Below, one piece after another: positions 61,634 through 64,000 of a stretch of DNA of 64,000 nt. The notes below the pieces were generated by a model. It was not told the DNA's origin. It made no database searches and was given only the letters and a program-made list of their open reading frames with translations. Origin of the DNA: Pseudomonadota bacterium (GTDB lineage: Bacteria; Myxococcota; JACRCW01; JAFGSX01); the NCBI GenBank assembly GCA_043821645.1, contig JBDRCO010000022.1:1676-65675 (forward strand), written 5' to 3'. Position numbers and translations under genes: made by a program. Position 1 is the first letter of the stretch, and the number at the start of each line of letters is the position of its first letter.

Positions 61634-62419
61634 GTGATGCGATGCCAGGTGTCTTTCGGTGTTGTCGTCGTCGCTCTGATGCTGGCCCCGCTCCCGTCGA
61701 GAGCCCAGGTGGATGCCAGCGGCGAAGACAGTTCCGGCAGCGACGCTGCAACAGCTGCCGACGCCACGGTCGAAGACAGTGCCGTGGCCCCGGATGCGGC
61801 CACCGAAGCAGATAGCGCCGTGGCAGCCGATTCGGCCGTGGAACCCGACGCCGCGACAGCCCCGGACTCCGCTATCGCCAGCGACGCCACGACAGGCACC
61901 GATTCCGCGGTCGAGAACGACGCGACCGTCGAGACAGATGCCGCGGTCGAGCCCGATGCTGCGGCGGCGACCGACGGCGGCACGACCACAGACGGCGCGG
62001 CCGATGTCGACGCGGCCACGGCGGTCGATAGCTCCCGGCCGGACACCCTACGGCCGGACACGAGCACCACGCCCGATGCCACCCGTCCCGACCAAAGCAC
62101 CGGCTTCGACGTCGGATCGTTCGACGCCACGCGCCCGGACAGCGCACGCCCGGACAGCGGCCCCTGTGTCGAATCCTGCGTGGACGGCAAGACCTTGCAC
62201 AGCTGCACTGCCGACGGCCAGCTGGTCGTGCTGACCTGCCCCTCGGACCAGACCTGTGAGGGCTCGAGCTGCGTGCTCAAGCCGACCCCACCGGACGACC
62301 AAGGGGGCTGCCAGTGCGGCCTGGCCTCCAGCCTGGACGGTCTCATGGCGCTGGTGGTTGCGGGGGTGCTGGTGGGCGTGAGCGTGGGACGCCGCCGCCG
62401 AATGCGTGCTAGACTGTGA
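61634..62419 (+). CDS. Asp-periodic repeat surface protein with MYXO-CTERM-like anchor
   Basis: Signal peptide, many D-x5/D-x4 units, 6-Cys module, GGCQC, TM helix, RRRR. Confidence 0.8.
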   Translation: MMRCQVSFGVVVVALMLAPLPSRAQVDASGEDSSGSDAATAADATVEDSAVAPDAATEADSAVAADSAVEPDAATAPDSAIASDATTGTDSAVENDATVETDAAVEPDAAAATDGGTTTDGAADVDAATAVDSSRPDTLRPDTSTTPDATRPDQSTGFDVGSFDATRPDSARPDSGPCVESCVDGKTLHSCTADGQLVVLTCPSDQTCEGSSCVLKPTPPDDQGGCQCGLASSLDGLMALVVAGVLVGVSVGRRRRMRARL

Positions 62420-62483
62420 TCTCCTCTGGCAACCAGGCCGGACCACGGGAGGAACTCGGGGGAGCGATCGCGAGGTGACTGCC

Positions 62484-63686
62484 GTGAACCACGGCTCGCA
62501 TGCGTCCACTCTCCCACCACGCCGGGTGCTCCTCCTCGACGACGAGGAGTCGGTGCTGGGTGTGCTCTCCGACTACCTTCGCGGTCCCAACCTGGAGATC
62601 GTGACCTGTCGCGAGATCGAGGCCGCCGAGGCCATTCTCGAACACGCACCCTTTGACGTCGTGGTCACCGACTTGCGGGTGTCCGAGCTGGGTGGCTTCG
62701 AGGGCATCCGTCTGATCCGCTTCGTCACCTCGCACTTCCCGAAGACCATCGTGCTAGCGATGAGCGGCTACGTCACCGAGGAGGTGTACGCCTTTGGCCG
62801 CGCCGCCGGGGTCACCGCGGTGCTGGAGAAACCCCTCGACCTGCCGCGCCTGCGCGAGTGGGTTTACGGCGACACCGAGGGCGCCGACGGCGGTGGCCTC
62901 GATGAGGGTCCTGTCGCCGACGTGCAACCTCTGCGCGAGTTCCTGACGTCCAACCAGGTGTACTCGCACTACCAGCCCATCGTCGACCTGTCGGTGCACC
63001 AGCGCGTCCAGGTGTTCGGCTACGAGGCTCTGGCGCGAGGTCCCGGCGACACACCGCTGCGCAACCCGGAGATCCTGTTCGCCTATGCCACGCGCAAGGA
63101 ATGCCTGCTCGAGACCGACGTGATGTGCATCGGGGCAGCCATGCGCCAGGCCCCTCGCCTGGGCAGGCCCAAGCTCTTTCTCAACATGCACCCTCGCTCG
63201 CTGACCTCACCGGACTCGCCCGATCGGGTCACCGACCTCGTGGTCGGAGCAGGCATGGACCCCAAGCAGGTGGTGATCGAGCTCACCGAGCACCATGCCA
63301 TCGTCAATCCCGAAGCTTTTCGCGAAAGCCTGGACCGGATGCGCGCGCGCGGCTTCGGCGTGGCCCTCGACGATTTCGGTGTGGGCTACGCCAACGTGCG
63401 GCTGCTCAGCGAGATCCAGCCCGAATACATCAAGCTGTCGGGCTACTTCGCCATGAACGTGGACCGCTCGCCGGTACGGCAAAAGCTGGTGGCCGCCATG
63501 GCCGACATGGCGCGGCGCCTGGGCACACCGGTGATCGCCGAGGGCATCGAGACCGAGTCCGACCTGCTCGCGGTGCGGCAGCTGGGTGTGGCCTACGGCC
63601 AGGGCTACCTGTTCGCGCGCCCGGCCAGTGCCGACGATCTCACGAAGCGCTTCGATCAGGATGGCGCTGAGCGGCTCGACGCTTGA
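62484..63686 (+). CDS. REC-EAL c-di-GMP phosphodiesterase-type response regulator
   Basis: LLDDE, VVTD, EKP; YQPI, YEALAR, FLN, IELTE, DDFGVGY, AEGIE, QGYLF. Confidence 0.92.
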   Translation: MNHGSHASTLPPRRVLLLDDEESVLGVLSDYLRGPNLEIVTCREIEAAEAILEHAPFDVVVTDLRVSELGGFEGIRLIRFVTSHFPKTIVLAMSGYVTEEVYAFGRAAGVTAVLEKPLDLPRLREWVYGDTEGADGGGLDEGPVADVQPLREFLTSNQVYSHYQPIVDLSVHQRVQVFGYEALARGPGDTPLRNPEILFAYATRKECLLETDVMCIGAAMRQAPRLGRPKLFLNMHPRSLTSPDSPDRVTDLVVGAGMDPKQVVIELTEHHAIVNPEAFRESLDRMRARGFGVALDDFGVGYANVRLLSEIQPEYIKLSGYFAMNVDRSPVRQKLVAAMADMARRLGTPVIAEGIETESDLLAVRQLGVAYGQGYLFARPASADDLTKRFDQDGAERLDA

Positions 63687-63821
63687 CCCCCGCGCACCCC
63701 CTTTGACAGCATCCCCGGATCGCACGATGGCGAGCCGGGCGATCACGGGACCCGGCTCCATCGTCGGTGTCACCAGAACCGTGCCCGCGGCGCGAGCCCC
63801 GAGGCAGCAGAGGAAGTCCCC

Positions 63822-64000
63822 ATGGCCAACGGCGTGAACAAGGTGATCCTCATTGGCAACCTCGGGCAGGACCCCGATGTGCGCGTCACCGGAGGCGGCA
63901 CCGCGGTCGCCAACATGCGGCTCGCTTGCAACGAGCGCTACAAGAACAAGAACGGCGAGTGGGAAGACCGCGTCGAGTGGGTCAGCGTGGTGACCTTTGG
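63822..64000 (+). CDS. ssb: Single-stranded DNA-binding protein (partial, runs off window; not in ORF track)
   Basis: Manual translation MANGVNKVILIGNLGQDPDVRVTGGGTAVANMRLACNERYKNKNGEWEDRVEWVSVVTF. Confidence 0.95.
   Translation, partial: MANGVNKVILIGNLGQDPDVRVTGGGTAVANMRLACNERYKNKNGEWEDRVEWVSVVTF

Overview
GC-rich bacterial chromosome segment, most likely an uncultured Myxococcota/deltaproteobacterial lineage. This is inferred from MYXO-CTERM-like anchors, an AgmX/PglI-type domain, DUF4388 and D-A/S-x-x-x linker lipoproteins. The window opens with the promoter-proximal part of a minus-strand rRNA operon (16S, tRNA-Ile, tRNA-Ala, 5' end of 23S). Housekeeping genes include gmk, remA-like, yicC, LPS glycosyltransferases, two glnA, hflX, larC, dnaB, cysS, rpe and a partial ssb. 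These are mixed with signalling genes (PilZ, PAS kinases, REC-EAL, a pseudokinase-MshEN-pseudoREC-DUF4388 fusion), an AOR/MoaD pair, c-type cytochromes and many Cys-rich surface lipoproteins. The best candidate for an undescribed system is a sigma54-type two-gene unit at 9000-11275. It pairs a radical SAM/SPASM enzyme with a lipoprotein that has a RiPP-leader-like extension before its signal peptide and four 8-Cys modules, each preceded by a hydrophobic Gly-centred nonapeptide. Other notable items are tandem EGF-like/LNR-like lipoproteins (one with a 1-nt frameshift), an orphan DUF1521 plus SycD-like pair, a pilin-like lipoprotein, an apparent ATC-initiated hflX and a degenerate IspD. No CRISPR array, transposase or prophage was seen. 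All family assignments come from motif recognition, not database searches.
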